Assembly: GCA_038217285.1 (NCBI GenBank) | Contig: JBBQPO010000015.1 | Location: 1-46,323 of the forward strand | Direction: 5' to 3' | Length of the DNA stretch: 46,323 nt | Source of the DNA: Chthonomonadales bacterium | GTDB taxonomy: Bacteria > Armatimonadota > Chthonomonadetes > Chthonomonadales > Chthonomonadaceae | Made by a program: the position numbers and the translations under genes | Part shown: one piece after another, positions 27,722-37,459 of the stretch | Layout: every line of letters starts with the position of its first letter | Position numbering within the stretch: position 1 is the stretch's first letter | Notes under the pieces: model-generated | Seen by the model: only the letters and a program-made list of their open reading frames with translations | Told to the model about the DNA's origin: nothing | Databases searched by the model: none

Positions 27722-28720
27722 ATGGCTACGAGATGTCTGTGGCGGCGGTTGCTGCCAATTTTGTTTGTGTGCTGGCTTGGCGGAGGCGCGCTCGCTTCGG
27801 TGAAAGCGCAGGAAAAAACGTTCACGCTTCCCGCGCCTGCGGACAACACCGAGGCGTTGCGCCGCGCCTTTTATGCTTACGACAGCGATCTGCCTCTGAA
27901 TGTTACCGTAAAACCACTGGACGACTCGGAGGTTCGCACCCGGTTCCGCCTCGACTACGATTCCGCGCACGATCAGCGCGTCGCTGCCATTGTCGCGGTG
28001 CCGAAGAAGGGAAAAGGCCCCTTTCCGGCCGTGCTGCTCATGCACGGCTCCGGGGGCGACAAGGATGTCAACTATATTCATGGGATCAGCGAGGCGCTGG
28101 TGCGGCGCGGCTTCATCACGCTCTCCATCGATGCGCAGTACCGGGGAGATCGTATGCGACTGGGCCGCGTGAACGATATCAAACCCGACTCGTTCACCTG
28201 GCGCGATGCCTGGGTTCAGACCGTGATCGACCTGCGCCGCGCGGTCGACTATCTGGAGACCCGGCCGGATGTGGACAAGAGCCGCATCGGCTATCTCGGC
28301 GTCAGCATGGGCGGCATTCTGGGGGGAATTCTCGGGGGAGTCGAGGAGCGCGTCGCCTGCTTCGCGCTGGTGGTTCCTGGCGGCGGCTTTGTGGAGTTGG
28401 CGAAGAATATCGATAAGTTCCCCGTCCTCAAAGCGCACTGGCCGGTGACGATGACCCCCGCAGTGCTGAAGCGCGTGGAGGAGATCGCCAACGTCGCGGA
28501 CCCGATCTACTTCGTCGGGCGCATCCTGCCGCGCCCGCTGCTGATCGTCGTCGCCAAACACGACGAGCTTATTCCCCCGGAGGCCTCCGCCGCGTTCGTC
28601 GCCGCCGCCCACGCCGACGAAGCGACGCAGGTACACCGCGTCGAGTCCGGTCATGTCCCGCCGACGCAGACCGTGTTCGATGTGCGCGATTTCCTCGTCG
28701 CCCATCTCGGCAAGAAGTAG
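27722..28720 (+). CDS. secreted alpha/beta hydrolase (acetylxylan esterase / dienelactone hydrolase-like)
   Basis: Signal peptide, PAVLLMHG, GVSMGG nucleophile elbow, HDELIP, ESGH. Confidence 0.88.
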   Translation: MATRCLWRRLLPILFVCWLGGGALASVKAQEKTFTLPAPADNTEALRRAFYAYDSDLPLNVTVKPLDDSEVRTRFRLDYDSAHDQRVAAIVAVPKKGKGPFPAVLLMHGSGGDKDVNYIHGISEALVRRGFITLSIDAQYRGDRMRLGRVNDIKPDSFTWRDAWVQTVIDLRRAVDYLETRPDVDKSRIGYLGVSMGGILGGILGGVEERVACFALVVPGGGFVELAKNIDKFPVLKAHWPVTMTPAVLKRVEEIANVADPIYFVGRILPRPLLIVVAKHDELIPPEASAAFVAAAHADEATQVHRVESGHVPPTQTVFDVRDFLVAHLGKK

Positions 28721-28758
28721 CCGTACGGCAGCGCTACTTTTTCCGGTTTGTGGGCGTT

Positions 28759-29871
28759 TCAGGCTGTAACGGGTTCGGGCGCGCCTGCCTCCTGAACAGC
28801 GATGGGCAGGTGGCCTTCGGCCTCCATAACGGAGTAGAGCGCCGCGAGGGCGACCTCGATCTGCGAGGCGTCCGGTGCGCGGGTCGTCAGGTACTGCGTC
28901 GCCATGCCGGGCGCGAAGATCGCCATGACGAGCGGATTGCGCCGAAACTTGCCCGCGAACTTGATGATCTCGTAGGCCACGCCAGCGACCAGCGGAATGA
29001 CCGCCAGATGCAGTGGGAAGCGCAGGTACCAGACCGGTCGCGGCAGGAACGCGAAGACGATCAGGTTGACGACCAGCACGACGAAGATGAAGCTGGTGCC
29101 GCAGCGGGGATGGATACGCGAGGCGGCCAGCGCATTGTGGGTGTCGAGTGGCAGGCCAGCCTCCAGAGTGTTGATCGCCTTATGCTCCGCGCCGTGATAC
29201 TCGAACACGCGGCGGATGTTGCCATTGAGGGAGATCAGCGAGATATAGCCGAAGAAGATCACCATCTTGATCAGGCCGTCGGAGATGTTGCGCCAGACAT
29301 CGCTGTGATCCGCACCCGCCATAATGGGGTGCAGGTATTTGCCCAGTTTGTCGGTCAGCAGGGTCGGAATCAGCACGAACAGCACGACGCCGAACACCAG
29401 GCTGAACGCCAGGCTGCTGCCGATGGCGATGTCGTTGATCTTGCCGGACTTGGGCGCGGTTTCGGAGACGACCAGCGGAATGCCGTTGGCGAGAGAGGCG
29501 GCGCTGTCGCGGATCTCCTCCCGCGCCTTCTCCGTCGGGCTGACCACGACTGCGGTCTGACCGCTGCGCTCCTGCTCGTACTGCAACTGCACGTTGGAGG
29601 CGAAGGAGAGCGCACGACTTCCGAGCGCCATGGCGTCTACCAGTGCGAGCGTGCCGCGCAGAAACGGCCTGTTGAGCCACTTCAGCTTGCCGATGATGCT
29701 CTTGTCCACCTCTTCCCTCTGCACGACAATCTGCCCGTCCGGGCGGCGGCAGGCGACAGCAAAGTAGTGCTTGCTCCGCATCATCACGCCCTCGATCACG
29801 GCCTGCCCGCCGTACTGCAGCACGGCTTCCGTCGTCATCTTTTCAGTCGGTGTCGCCTTTACTTCGTCCAA
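28759..29871 (-). CDS. DUF1385 membrane protein
   Basis: YGGQAVIEGVMMR, FEYHGAEHKAIN, HPRCGTSF, QYLTTRAP. Confidence 0.92.
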   Translation of the reverse strand: MDEVKATPTEKMTTEAVLQYGGQAVIEGVMMRSKHYFAVACRRPDGQIVVQREEVDKSIIGKLKWLNRPFLRGTLALVDAMALGSRALSFASNVQLQYEQERSGQTAVVVSPTEKAREEIRDSAASLANGIPLVVSETAPKSGKINDIAIGSSLAFSLVFGVVLFVLIPTLLTDKLGKYLHPIMAGADHSDVWRNISDGLIKMVIFFGYISLISLNGNIRRVFEYHGAEHKAINTLEAGLPLDTHNALAASRIHPRCGTSFIFVVLVVNLIVFAFLPRPVWYLRFPLHLAVIPLVAGVAYEIIKFAGKFRRNPLVMAIFAPGMATQYLTTRAPDASQIEVALAALYSVMEAEGHLPIAVQEAGAPEPVTA

Positions 29872-29989
29872 AAAACGCCTCCTGAGCGACCATCGCCCCT
29901 GCCATCCGGCATCCTATGGTAGAAGGAGTTCACCCCGGACGGCGGGCTTCCCTTCTTACGTTGCAAAACCGTGTCTCCGTCCCCGTCTC

Positions 29990-30865
29990 TTACCGAGTGG
30001 TAGGGGGCATGGCGGAGGTGCGCAGTTGGGCGTGCCCGTTGCTGTTGTTCAGGAGCCGCTGCCATTCGCCATAGACCGGATTGGGCAGAATAAACCAGTC
30101 GGTTCCGAACCGATAGCGGCGGCCATCGACCTGCGCGGCCCGCGCCGCGATCGCGGTCGTGCGGTCGGCATCGGTCGGTGCCTTCGAAGCCACGAACTCC
30201 TCCGAAAAGTCGCGCAGGTTGTCCCCTGCCATCAGCAGCACGCGGTACTTCTGCTCCGCCTGCTGTCGTCGTGCTGTCTTGTCCGAAGCGGTGTCTTTCG
30301 TCAGCAGCCGGTCTTCGATGCCCTCTAAATTCAGGCCGTTGTGCTTCAGCGCCTCTATGGTCGCTGCCCGATTGCGAGTCAGGCGGTTGGTAATGTAGAC
30401 GACGGTGACGCCCATCCCTTCTGCCGCTTCGATAAACGCCTTCGCGCCCGGAATCAGCCGCGTGTCGTCCGCGTACTTGCTCTCCCACTGATCCCAGAGC
30501 GCGTCGCTGTAAGCCAGACGTTCGCGATCCAGAAACGACTGAAATCCGGCGTTGTCTACCACGGTCTCGTCCAGATCCATGACCACGGCAGGCGGCAAAC
30601 CGTCGTTGCGGGTCGCGGCCAGTTTCGACCGCAGGCGCTCCGTCATCCAGCCGTAGGTCTGCAGGCAGCAGGCGCGGTACTCCGCCGACGTCTGCATATA
30701 GAGATTGGCATCCAGCGTTCGCTCCTGAGGATTCGCTACGGCCTCTTTCTGCCCCACTGTCGGACGCGCCAGCGAGGGCGCGACACTCACCGCACCGATT
30801 CCAATGCCCAGCACAATCCCCACCGACGCCGGAACCAACCAGCCTGCGCGCTTCCCCATAGCCAT
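29990..30865 (-). CDS. class C acid phosphatase / 5'-nucleotidase e(P4) family (HAD)
   Basis: YMQTSAEYRA, MDLDETVVDN, YITNR, GDNLRDF, LPNPVYGEW; no lipobox Cys. Confidence 0.92.
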   Translation of the reverse strand: MAMGKRAGWLVPASVGIVLGIGIGAVSVAPSLARPTVGQKEAVANPQERTLDANLYMQTSAEYRACCLQTYGWMTERLRSKLAATRNDGLPPAVVMDLDETVVDNAGFQSFLDRERLAYSDALWDQWESKYADDTRLIPGAKAFIEAAEGMGVTVVYITNRLTRNRAATIEALKHNGLNLEGIEDRLLTKDTASDKTARRQQAEQKYRVLLMAGDNLRDFSEEFVASKAPTDADRTTAIAARAAQVDGRRYRFGTDWFILPNPVYGEWQRLLNNSNGHAQLRTSAMPPTTR

Positions 30866-31337
30866 CTTTGTCTCCCTCTTCTTGCGTCCTGCTCGATCTT
30901 CGCCCTCATCCTGCCGGAAAAGTATAGATCACAAGCGCAGGCGAAAGCAATTCCCCATGTATCCCCACGAACAATCTGATCCGCGAAGGTATCGTTACCC
31001 AAAGGGCAAAGCCAGAAGAGACAGTACAAAGGCACCCCGTTCGAGCATGTCGAATGGGGCGCTGTTTCTACGACAAAATACCCTCGTCAAATCACTTTAG
31101 GAGGCTATATGCCTGCTTCTTCGTCAGATTGAATGATCCCCTGCTCAATCAGATGTCGCTTAATATTACGAGGAAGACGATTGGTATTACCTGCGCCCTC
31201 ACGAATACGCGCCAGCGCGTCCGCACTTACGGACGATTTATGACGGATATTCGCCTCTTCCGACTTCTGAGATGTCGCACTTTCGCTCTGCGAAAGTATA
31301 AACGTCAAACTTAGTAACCAAAAAGAGGAAATTAGCA

Positions 31338-31378
31338 AATACATCACGAATACATCACGAATACATCACAAATATATC
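31338..31378. repeat. tandem 11-bp repeat AATACATCACG (~3.7 copies)
   Basis: aatacatcacg aatacatcacg aatacatcaca aatatatc. Confidence 0.85.
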
Positions 31379-31603
31379 TGACGACAGACGTAGCTTGCAT
31401 CGTATTTGAAAGAATGACATTTAATGTAGCCATGATGCCATGCTGTAAGGAACAATCAGCTTCCAAAATGTACTGTATAGATGGCGAACGATGAATTACG
31501 TGTCAAGTTGCGATGTAGTCAACTCGTCTTGTAGTAACAGCGTAAGTCATAGTCTGCATAAACATGTGTACAATATTCTGCTTTTTATCACAAAGGAGAA
31601 GAA

Positions 31604-32161
31604 ATGCTCGCTCGAAATTCGTGGTTCGTGGCCGGTTGCTCTCTTGCTTCAGCGCTGGCTATCTTGGCCTCCGCGCCAACTCGTTCCCGTGCCGACGTGG
31701 CGGTTAGCTATGTCCACATTCGTCCCCCCGAAACCCCCTTGGTATCCTACGACACGATAACCTATTCGTGCAACGTGTCCGGAACTCCCTATTGTATGGG
31801 CTGGGCGCTGAGAATGAAGGACTGGGGTGCCACAGAACCCAGCCAAGCCACTGACGCCGGGACTGAGAACTCCATACTCGGAGGGAGCGGAGGCGCCAGC
31901 AATGGTTCTACGACGGACTGGCGCCCTTATAGGTTTGTAAACAGTGGCGTATGGATCGCTTACCATATACATGGAGTTCTCTCAGACGGCAGCGGGACAT
32001 TATTGACCATCAGACGTCTGCCTAACATTCGAGCAGGCACTCTGCGGGCGCATAATGAGATCAAAATGCGCTCGACGCAGTTATTGGCCGTCTGTAATCC
32101 AAAAGGCCGAAAGTCAATAGATGCGTACACTAGCTGGTATCAATACAATATTGGATCGTAA
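31604..32161 (+). CDS. hypothetical secreted protein
   Basis: RBS AAGGAG, N-terminal signal-like segment, 185 aa. Confidence 0.6.
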   Translation: MLARNSWFVAGCSLASALAILASAPTRSRADVAVSYVHIRPPETPLVSYDTITYSCNVSGTPYCMGWALRMKDWGATEPSQATDAGTENSILGGSGGASNGSTTDWRPYRFVNSGVWIAYHIHGVLSDGSGTLLTIRRLPNIRAGTLRAHNEIKMRSTQLLAVCNPKGRKSIDAYTSWYQYNIGS

Positions 32162-32287
32162 GCGAGGCGTCTGTTTGACATGTGGTACCGATGCTTCGGT
32201 GATCTGTGATCCAATGCATCGGTACTTTCCTGTTCACCGTGACTTTTCCGATTTAGAAGGACGTACTCCTTCTGGGGAGCGAGCAAA

Positions 32288-33976
32288 ATGAAACGTCTAT
32301 TTGTTGTTTGGTCCTTTCTGTTTGTAAGTTTAACCCTCTCAGGCATCTCCCAATCCCGGATAGTCGTACGTGAATTTCCAGAGCCTCCGCGTCTTTCCTG
32401 GATGGCATCGGATGCAGGATTGCAGACATTGGTAAGTCTAGACGCTTCCAGAAAGCCCCTCCGCGACGTTCTGGCAAGCCTCTCACGTCGGTATGAGGTC
32501 CCTATTCGAGCAGAACAGGCGCTGGAGGATTACCGTATTTGCTTGCATGCCAAAAACCAGCCTTTACGCACATTGATGGGCCGACTGCAAGACTTATTTG
32601 GGCACGGGACCCAGTCGCCTCGGTCCTGTGAATGGATCAGAACCACCGAAGAATCCAAGCAGCCGGTCTACTACCTGAGACGGACTCGTCATGGGATAGA
32701 CGAAGAAGAGGCGTTGCTGGACGTGCCACGTCAGACCTGCCTTCGCTGGCTGAAAGAACTGAAGAATTATACCCGCCTGCCCAAAGAGGAACAGGCGAAG
32801 TTTCAAGCGGAGTGCCCTTGTCTCCAGGCAAACATTCGCACCGGGGGGCTGGACGGTTTAGCCCGTCCCCTGTACGAGGCGTTCGCAGCCCTGGCAGACG
32901 GCCAGATTGAGGCGCTGATGCAGCAGGGCAGTGTGGACCTACCTGATCTTGCTTTTACGTCGGAAGCGCAAGGGGTACTGGAAAAACTTCCGGACCCTCC
33001 TGCTGGAGTACCCAAAAAGTTTCCCTCCCCTGGCCAATCTACTTCCGGCGCGATGCTGCGCCTGGAGCGCGAAGGTGATAGTGATACGACTGGGGTGTAC
33101 TTGTTGAGCGTCAATCCACATAATAATACGTACTGCACACGCAGTTTTATCTTCGATACGCAGAGGCAGTATACGGGGTTGCTGGATACGGAGGAGATGC
33201 AGCTTTCGCCGATAGAGAAGCAGGGTCCTGCCATGGACATCCTCGCCCACTGGCAAAGTCAGGCGTCCACAAATACTTCGTCCATGCCTCTCGAAACAGC
33301 TCTGAGGTTGATCGCGCATGAATCGGGCCTTACCATCTACGCAGAGGTGTTTCCCAGATGGCCTGTTCCCATCGAGCAGACAAAAGGGACGCAGGAGAAG
33401 CTGCTGACTCTCCTCTGCGCCAGAGCAGGCTATCGCTGGCGAAAAGTAGGCAAGGACGTCCTGGTTTACAGTAGGTCTTGGGCCCAGGATCGTCAGGCAA
33501 ATGTCCCGCAGCCGTTGCTTGATCGGTGGCTGGCTAACTTCGTCAAGAATGGACGCCATATCTTGCCCGATCTGTTGGAGATGGCGCGTCTGCGGGATGC
33601 ACAGGTCCGAAATCTGGACCATTGGATGGATGTTCAATCTCCGCTGTCGACCCGCAATTTGGGCTGTGTGCGTCTGTTAGGAGCTCTTGCGCCTGCTGAA
33701 GTTCGGTTCGCTTTCGACCCACAAGGGCAACTTGTGGGTACGCTGGACGCCTCCGCCTTCGCTATCTTGCAGAAGGAATTCAAGCACATGGTTATTCTGC
33801 CCATCCGTGTTTTCATCCAACGCGATCCCGACCTGCCGCTTTCGGGCCCCGGTGGCAAGCCTGGCGTGCGTAAGAGCATTACGGTAACACTCCAGGATCA
33901 AACAGGCGCGACAAAGAAATACTTTATCATCGAGCCATTTGATCGGCCTCAGCGGCTGGATGGGTCGGCACAATAA
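32288..33976 (+). CDS. hypothetical secreted protein with two secretin/TonB N-terminal (STN)-like motifs
   Basis: Signal peptide; VSLDASRKPLRDVLASLSRRYEVPI and MPLETALRLIAHESGLTI...LCARAGYRWRKVG. Confidence 0.65.
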   Translation: MKRLFVVWSFLFVSLTLSGISQSRIVVREFPEPPRLSWMASDAGLQTLVSLDASRKPLRDVLASLSRRYEVPIRAEQALEDYRICLHAKNQPLRTLMGRLQDLFGHGTQSPRSCEWIRTTEESKQPVYYLRRTRHGIDEEEALLDVPRQTCLRWLKELKNYTRLPKEEQAKFQAECPCLQANIRTGGLDGLARPLYEAFAALADGQIEALMQQGSVDLPDLAFTSEAQGVLEKLPDPPAGVPKKFPSPGQSTSGAMLRLEREGDSDTTGVYLLSVNPHNNTYCTRSFIFDTQRQYTGLLDTEEMQLSPIEKQGPAMDILAHWQSQASTNTSSMPLETALRLIAHESGLTIYAEVFPRWPVPIEQTKGTQEKLLTLLCARAGYRWRKVGKDVLVYSRSWAQDRQANVPQPLLDRWLANFVKNGRHILPDLLEMARLRDAQVRNLDHWMDVQSPLSTRNLGCVRLLGALAPAEVRFAFDPQGQLVGTLDASAFAILQKEFKHMVILPIRVFIQRDPDLPLSGPGGKPGVRKSITVTLQDQTGATKKYFIIEPFDRPQRLDGSAQ

Positions 33977-34041
33977 CGCTTCCGGCAAGCAGGACGATTC
34001 TGCTCGAACAGGGAACAGTGTGTGAAGATACCGTAAACAGC

Positions 34042-34100
34042 AAAAAACGCGTCTCCTTTGTCCGCTCCGGTCGGTCGAGCCGGGAGACAAAAGAGACGCG
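34042..34100 (-). terminator. intrinsic terminator after rpmE
   Basis: CGCGTCTCCTTTGTC...GACAAAAGAGACGCG hairpin, preceded on + by AAAAAA (T tract on the minus strand). Confidence 0.7.
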
Positions 34101-34131
34101 CTTGATCGTGAGGGGACCGCAAGGGCCGCAC

Positions 34132-34341
34132 CTACTTTTTGATGAATTTGTCGTACTTCGCCTGGAACTTCTGAACGCGGCCTTCCGTGTCGATCAGTTT
34201 CTGCTTACCGGTATAGAACGGATGGCAGGCGGAACAGATCTCCACACGAATGCTCTTACGCGTTGAGCGAGTCTCGAACGTGTTACCGCACTGGCAGACA
34301 ACACTCGTCATCTGGTAGTCGGGATGTATTCCGGTTTTCAT
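34132..34341 (-). CDS. rpmE: 50S ribosomal protein L31 (Zn-binding type)
   Basis: MKTGIHPDY...CQCGNTF...[15 protein letters not shown]...GRVQKF. Confidence 0.97.
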   Translation of the reverse strand: MKTGIHPDYQMTSVVCQCGNTFETRSTRKSIRVEICSACHPFYTGKQKLIDTEGRVQKFQAKYDKFIKK

Positions 34342-34487
34342 GGTTTTCCCTCTCTTCAAAAACAACGCCTACTTATTATACGCTACACGACCCCGAATTG
34401 CAACCGAAAGCGGCCACTTTTTTCGAGTGTGGTCCTGCCTTCGGATTGCAGTTTTTCGTTGAACCGCCAGCGCACGTGCCTCTGTGT

Positions 34488-35513
34488 TCAGGCGAGCGGT
34501 AGTTTTTGGGTCTGATCGGTGGTGGCGGCGCGGAGGCCGGCTTCCAAAATCTCCTGCGCGTCGCGGCTGACGGCGGGCGAACAGAAGCCCTCGACCGGCA
34601 CGTTGTTTTCGAGGCAGTAGAGCAGATACTCCGGGCCGCTGCGGTGCGGATAGACGGTGGGAGTAGGGTCGATCGCCTCTTCCGGCTTGCCGGGGCGCTG
34701 GATCAGCACTTTGCCGTGGTGAATGCCGAGGGAGCCTTCGGTGCCGTAGACGACCGGGTTGGCTCCTGCGTAGCCGACGGGCTGCGTCCAGCTCGCCTCA
34801 CAGACACCGAACGCATGGGCGTATTTGGCGAGAATGACGGCGTTGTCGTCCGAGGCCGCGTATTTCGGCTCCGTGCCGAAATAGCCGCGCATTCCGGTGA
34901 CGGACTGCGGCAGGCCGAGCAGCCGCGCCGCGAGCTTCGCGCCGTAGCAGCAGTAGTCCATGAGCGCGCCCGCGCCGTTGATCTTCGGCGTGGTCAGATC
35001 CCGCACGAAGCTCGGGGAGCAGCCGATGGCCACCGGGCCGCTGTGCGCGCTTCGGTAGCGGGTATAACGAATTTCGCCGATGTCTCCAGAGAGTGCACGC
35101 CGCTCGACCTCCTGCCACTCCGCGCCCCATGCTGACGGCCAGTTGATCAGAAGGAGCGTGCCCGCCTTCTCCGCCGCCGCCTTCATGCGCTCGGCCTGCG
35201 CGAGTGTCGCCGCCATCGGCTTCTCGCTGATAACGTGGATGCCTTTTGCCGCGGCCGCTTCCACGATGTCCGCGCCCTCACTGTTCCCGCCTGCCGCCTG
35301 CACGATGTCGAGCGCTTCTTTCTCGATCATCTCCTGCCAGGTGCTGTAGAGGCGCGTAACGCCGAACTCCTTCCGGATCTTCTCCAGCAGTTCCGGCTCA
35401 TCATCGCCCGCCGCCACGAGTTCGACGTTTTCCAGTTTCTTCCATTGGTGCAGCTCGCCCCAGACATGGTCGTGCGACATTCCCGCAATGCCGACGCGAT
35501 AGATCTTTGCCAA
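34488..35513 (-). CDS. Gfo/Idh/MocA family oxidoreductase
   Basis: TTG start after AAGGAG; VGIAGMSHDH, HVISEKPMA, GAGALMDYCCYG. Confidence 0.9.
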   Translation of the reverse strand: MAKIYRVGIAGMSHDHVWGELHQWKKLENVELVAAGDDEPELLEKIRKEFGVTRLYSTWQEMIEKEALDIVQAAGGNSEGADIVEAAAAKGIHVISEKPMAATLAQAERMKAAAEKAGTLLLINWPSAWGAEWQEVERRALSGDIGEIRYTRYRSAHSGPVAIGCSPSFVRDLTTPKINGAGALMDYCCYGAKLAARLLGLPQSVTGMRGYFGTEPKYAASDDNAVILAKYAHAFGVCEASWTQPVGYAGANPVVYGTEGSLGIHHGKVLIQRPGKPEEAIDPTPTVYPHRSGPEYLLYCLENNVPVEGFCSPAVSRDAQEILEAGLRAATTDQTQKLPLA

Positions 35514-35738
35514 TACGGTCTCCTTTTCTTCCCCTCTAAGGGCCGAGAAAGGACGGATGGTCCTCTCTCTACAGAATACATTCGCGCCCACCCCCGCCTC
35601 TCCCTCCCTGGTTTCGACGCAGGTGTGCCGGAGTTTGGCGAGCCGGAACGAAGTTAGGACACGAAATCCTGGCGTCCTCCCTCTCGGCGAAAGAAAAAGA
35701 CAGTGAGGAAGGATCTCCACGCGGAGTGTGAAGAGGCG

Positions 35739-36470
35739 TCACGGCGCCACCAGCTCTTTGTAGGCGTTGCCGCTTTTCAGGGAGAGCCTGGTATTCTTCT
35801 GCGGATCGTCTCCAAGCGAGATCGAGCGTTTCCCGCCCGGATACTGAAGACTTAGGAAAGGCAGGCGATCCGGTGCGACGGTGAGTTCCGTGTGGGTGAA
35901 AGGATCGCTGGAGCCGAGGAAGAGATTGGAGCCGGAATCGTTGCCATTCATAGAGATACGCGTACTGCCGGTTTTGTCCTCCATATCAAAGGCCGACTGC
36001 CCCTCCCGGTTCACGCAGAGACGAACTTGGTCCGAGCCGGTCTTACCAGCGAGACTAAACCAGGGTCTGCCGCCGTCATCAATGCGCAGGTCTACCCGCG
36101 CGTGGGTCGCCGGGTCGAGGATCATCAGTGCTGGAATGCCGTCCGTTCCCACCTGAGCGACCATCCGCGTATGCCCCTCTTTATCGTTTAACTCCATCAG
36201 CGGGCGTCCATCCGTTGTAATGCAGAGCGTCGCACGGGCGGCGCCCCCGCGATCCCGCAAGGTGAGGGCGGGAGCACCGGGTTCCGACGAGGTCAGATCC
36301 GCATATACCTTTCCATCGGCGCCCACCAGGGCGAAGGCATGGGCCTGCACCAGATCCGGTACCCTGGAACTGCCCGTCGGCGCCGACCGCGCCTGCAGCG
36401 CGATCCCACCAAAAAGCCCCACTAACAACAGCATCGCATTTGTGAACGTACGTGTGCCAATCGCTTTCAT
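35739..36470 (-). CDS. hypothetical exported protein with ~22-aa repeats (PxLxLxDxxGxxR)
   Basis: TM/signal segment, then PALTLRDRGGAARATL, PLMELNDKEGHTRMVA, PALMILDPATHARVDL, PWFSLAGKTG... Confidence 0.7.
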   Translation of the reverse strand: MKAIGTRTFTNAMLLLVGLFGGIALQARSAPTGSSRVPDLVQAHAFALVGADGKVYADLTSSEPGAPALTLRDRGGAARATLCITTDGRPLMELNDKEGHTRMVAQVGTDGIPALMILDPATHARVDLRIDDGGRPWFSLAGKTGSDQVRLCVNREGQSAFDMEDKTGSTRISMNGNDSGSNLFLGSSDPFTHTELTVAPDRLPFLSLQYPGGKRSISLGDDPQKNTRLSLKSGNAYKELVAP

Positions 36471-36618
36471 GTCTGTCCTCCCTGTCGCGCGTTGATATGA
36501 TGGTCGTGTCGTCCTGCAAAACCCCGGCGTCTCCTCTGTATTCCGAGTCGTGCTGCCGTTCAGGCATTCCTTTCTCAGACTACCTGACAAATCCAAATGA
36601 TGCCTTGGACAGTAATAC

Positions 36619-36870
36619 TTATGGTAGATTGGGGACTATTCCTTGTTTCCTACGTGCCTCCTTCCTACGCCCGTCTTTTTCGTATTCATCAACAAGTTCT
36701 TCGAGTTTCTTAAACAGTGGTTCAAGGTGGAATAGGTTAGAGTGTCCAGGTCGGATTGTGCGAGCAATGCATTCCTTTCGCTTTAAGCTCAACGCGTGGC
36801 TCCGGACTTGCTCCTTTGTCAAACCCATTCGTTTAGAAAGCGTCTCAAACGATGGATATAATGGTAGGCG
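36619..36870 (-). pseudogene. helix-turn-helix (phage replication/HTH_36-like) C-terminal fragment
   Basis: PLYPSFETLSKRMGLTKEQVRSHALSLKRKECIARTIRPGHSNLFHLEPLFKKL; the N-terminus is replaced by TnpB remnant sequence. Confidence 0.45.
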
Positions 36871-36949
36871 CAAGGCGGCGGGTATGGTTGAGATACGCCG
36901 CAAAGGCAGGGAGATCCGCGCTCGTTTTTGGGCCTGGTAGTCTATTTCG

Positions 36950-37459
36950 GTTCGTGTCGGCACAGAGCAGAAACGGTTTTTTCACGTGAGATGCGCTGGC
37001 TGATGGGAAACTGGGCCTTTGACCAACTACGCCAGTTCGTGTCGTACAAGGCGGAGGCCGCAGGCGTTCGTGTGGTTCTGGTAGCCCCTCGCAATACCAG
37101 TCGCACCTGTAGTCGGTGCGGATACTGCGATAAGGGCAACCGCAAGAGCCAGGACAAGTTCCTTTGTCTCAAGTGTGGCTTCGAGTTGAATGCCGACTTC
37201 AATGCGGCAATCAATATCGGGGCACGGGCCGACAGTTCAGACGGCCTATTGTGTCGGTCGAAGGGTTCACCCAACGACCAGACGCAAGCCCTCTGCCTTT
37301 AGAGACTGCTGAAAAAGTGACGGTCGAACATTATCGGCTTCCATATCTAGGCTGGAACGTTTGTACCAGACCTACGCGTAGGGTCGAAATCAGCCCAAAT
37401 CGCGGTGAAATGCCCGCTAAATCGACTTTTCAGCAGTCTCCTTTAGGCGGGGGTCTGAC
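36950..37459 (+). mobile_element. tnpB: IS200/IS605-family remnant: TnpB C-terminus plus right end (interrupted by MITE)
   Basis: NWAFDQLRQFVSYKAE...PRNTSRTCSRCG...FLCLKCGFELNADFNAAINI (RuvC and Zn ribbon). The right-end hairpin CCCTCTGCC-TTTA-GGCGGGGG then TGAC is restored when the MITE is removed. 5' part is missing. Confidence 0.85.
37302..37440. mobile_element. 139-bp MITE with 14-bp terminal inverted repeats and 5-bp target-site duplication
   Basis: TIR GAGACTGCTGAAAA / TTTTCAGCAGTCTC; flanked by CTTTA at 37297-37301 and 37441-37445. Confidence 0.85.

Noticed and set aside
31105-31347. 80-aa minus-strand ORF as a gene
   Set aside because: Starts inside the tandem repeat, has no RBS and no recognisable motif.
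31338-31378. Possible CRISPR array
   Set aside because: Units are 11 bp and contiguous with no spacers; no cas genes in the window.
36928-37302. Functional TnpB/Cas12f nuclease
   Set aside because: Only the C-terminal ~115 aa remain and the right end is interrupted by a MITE.
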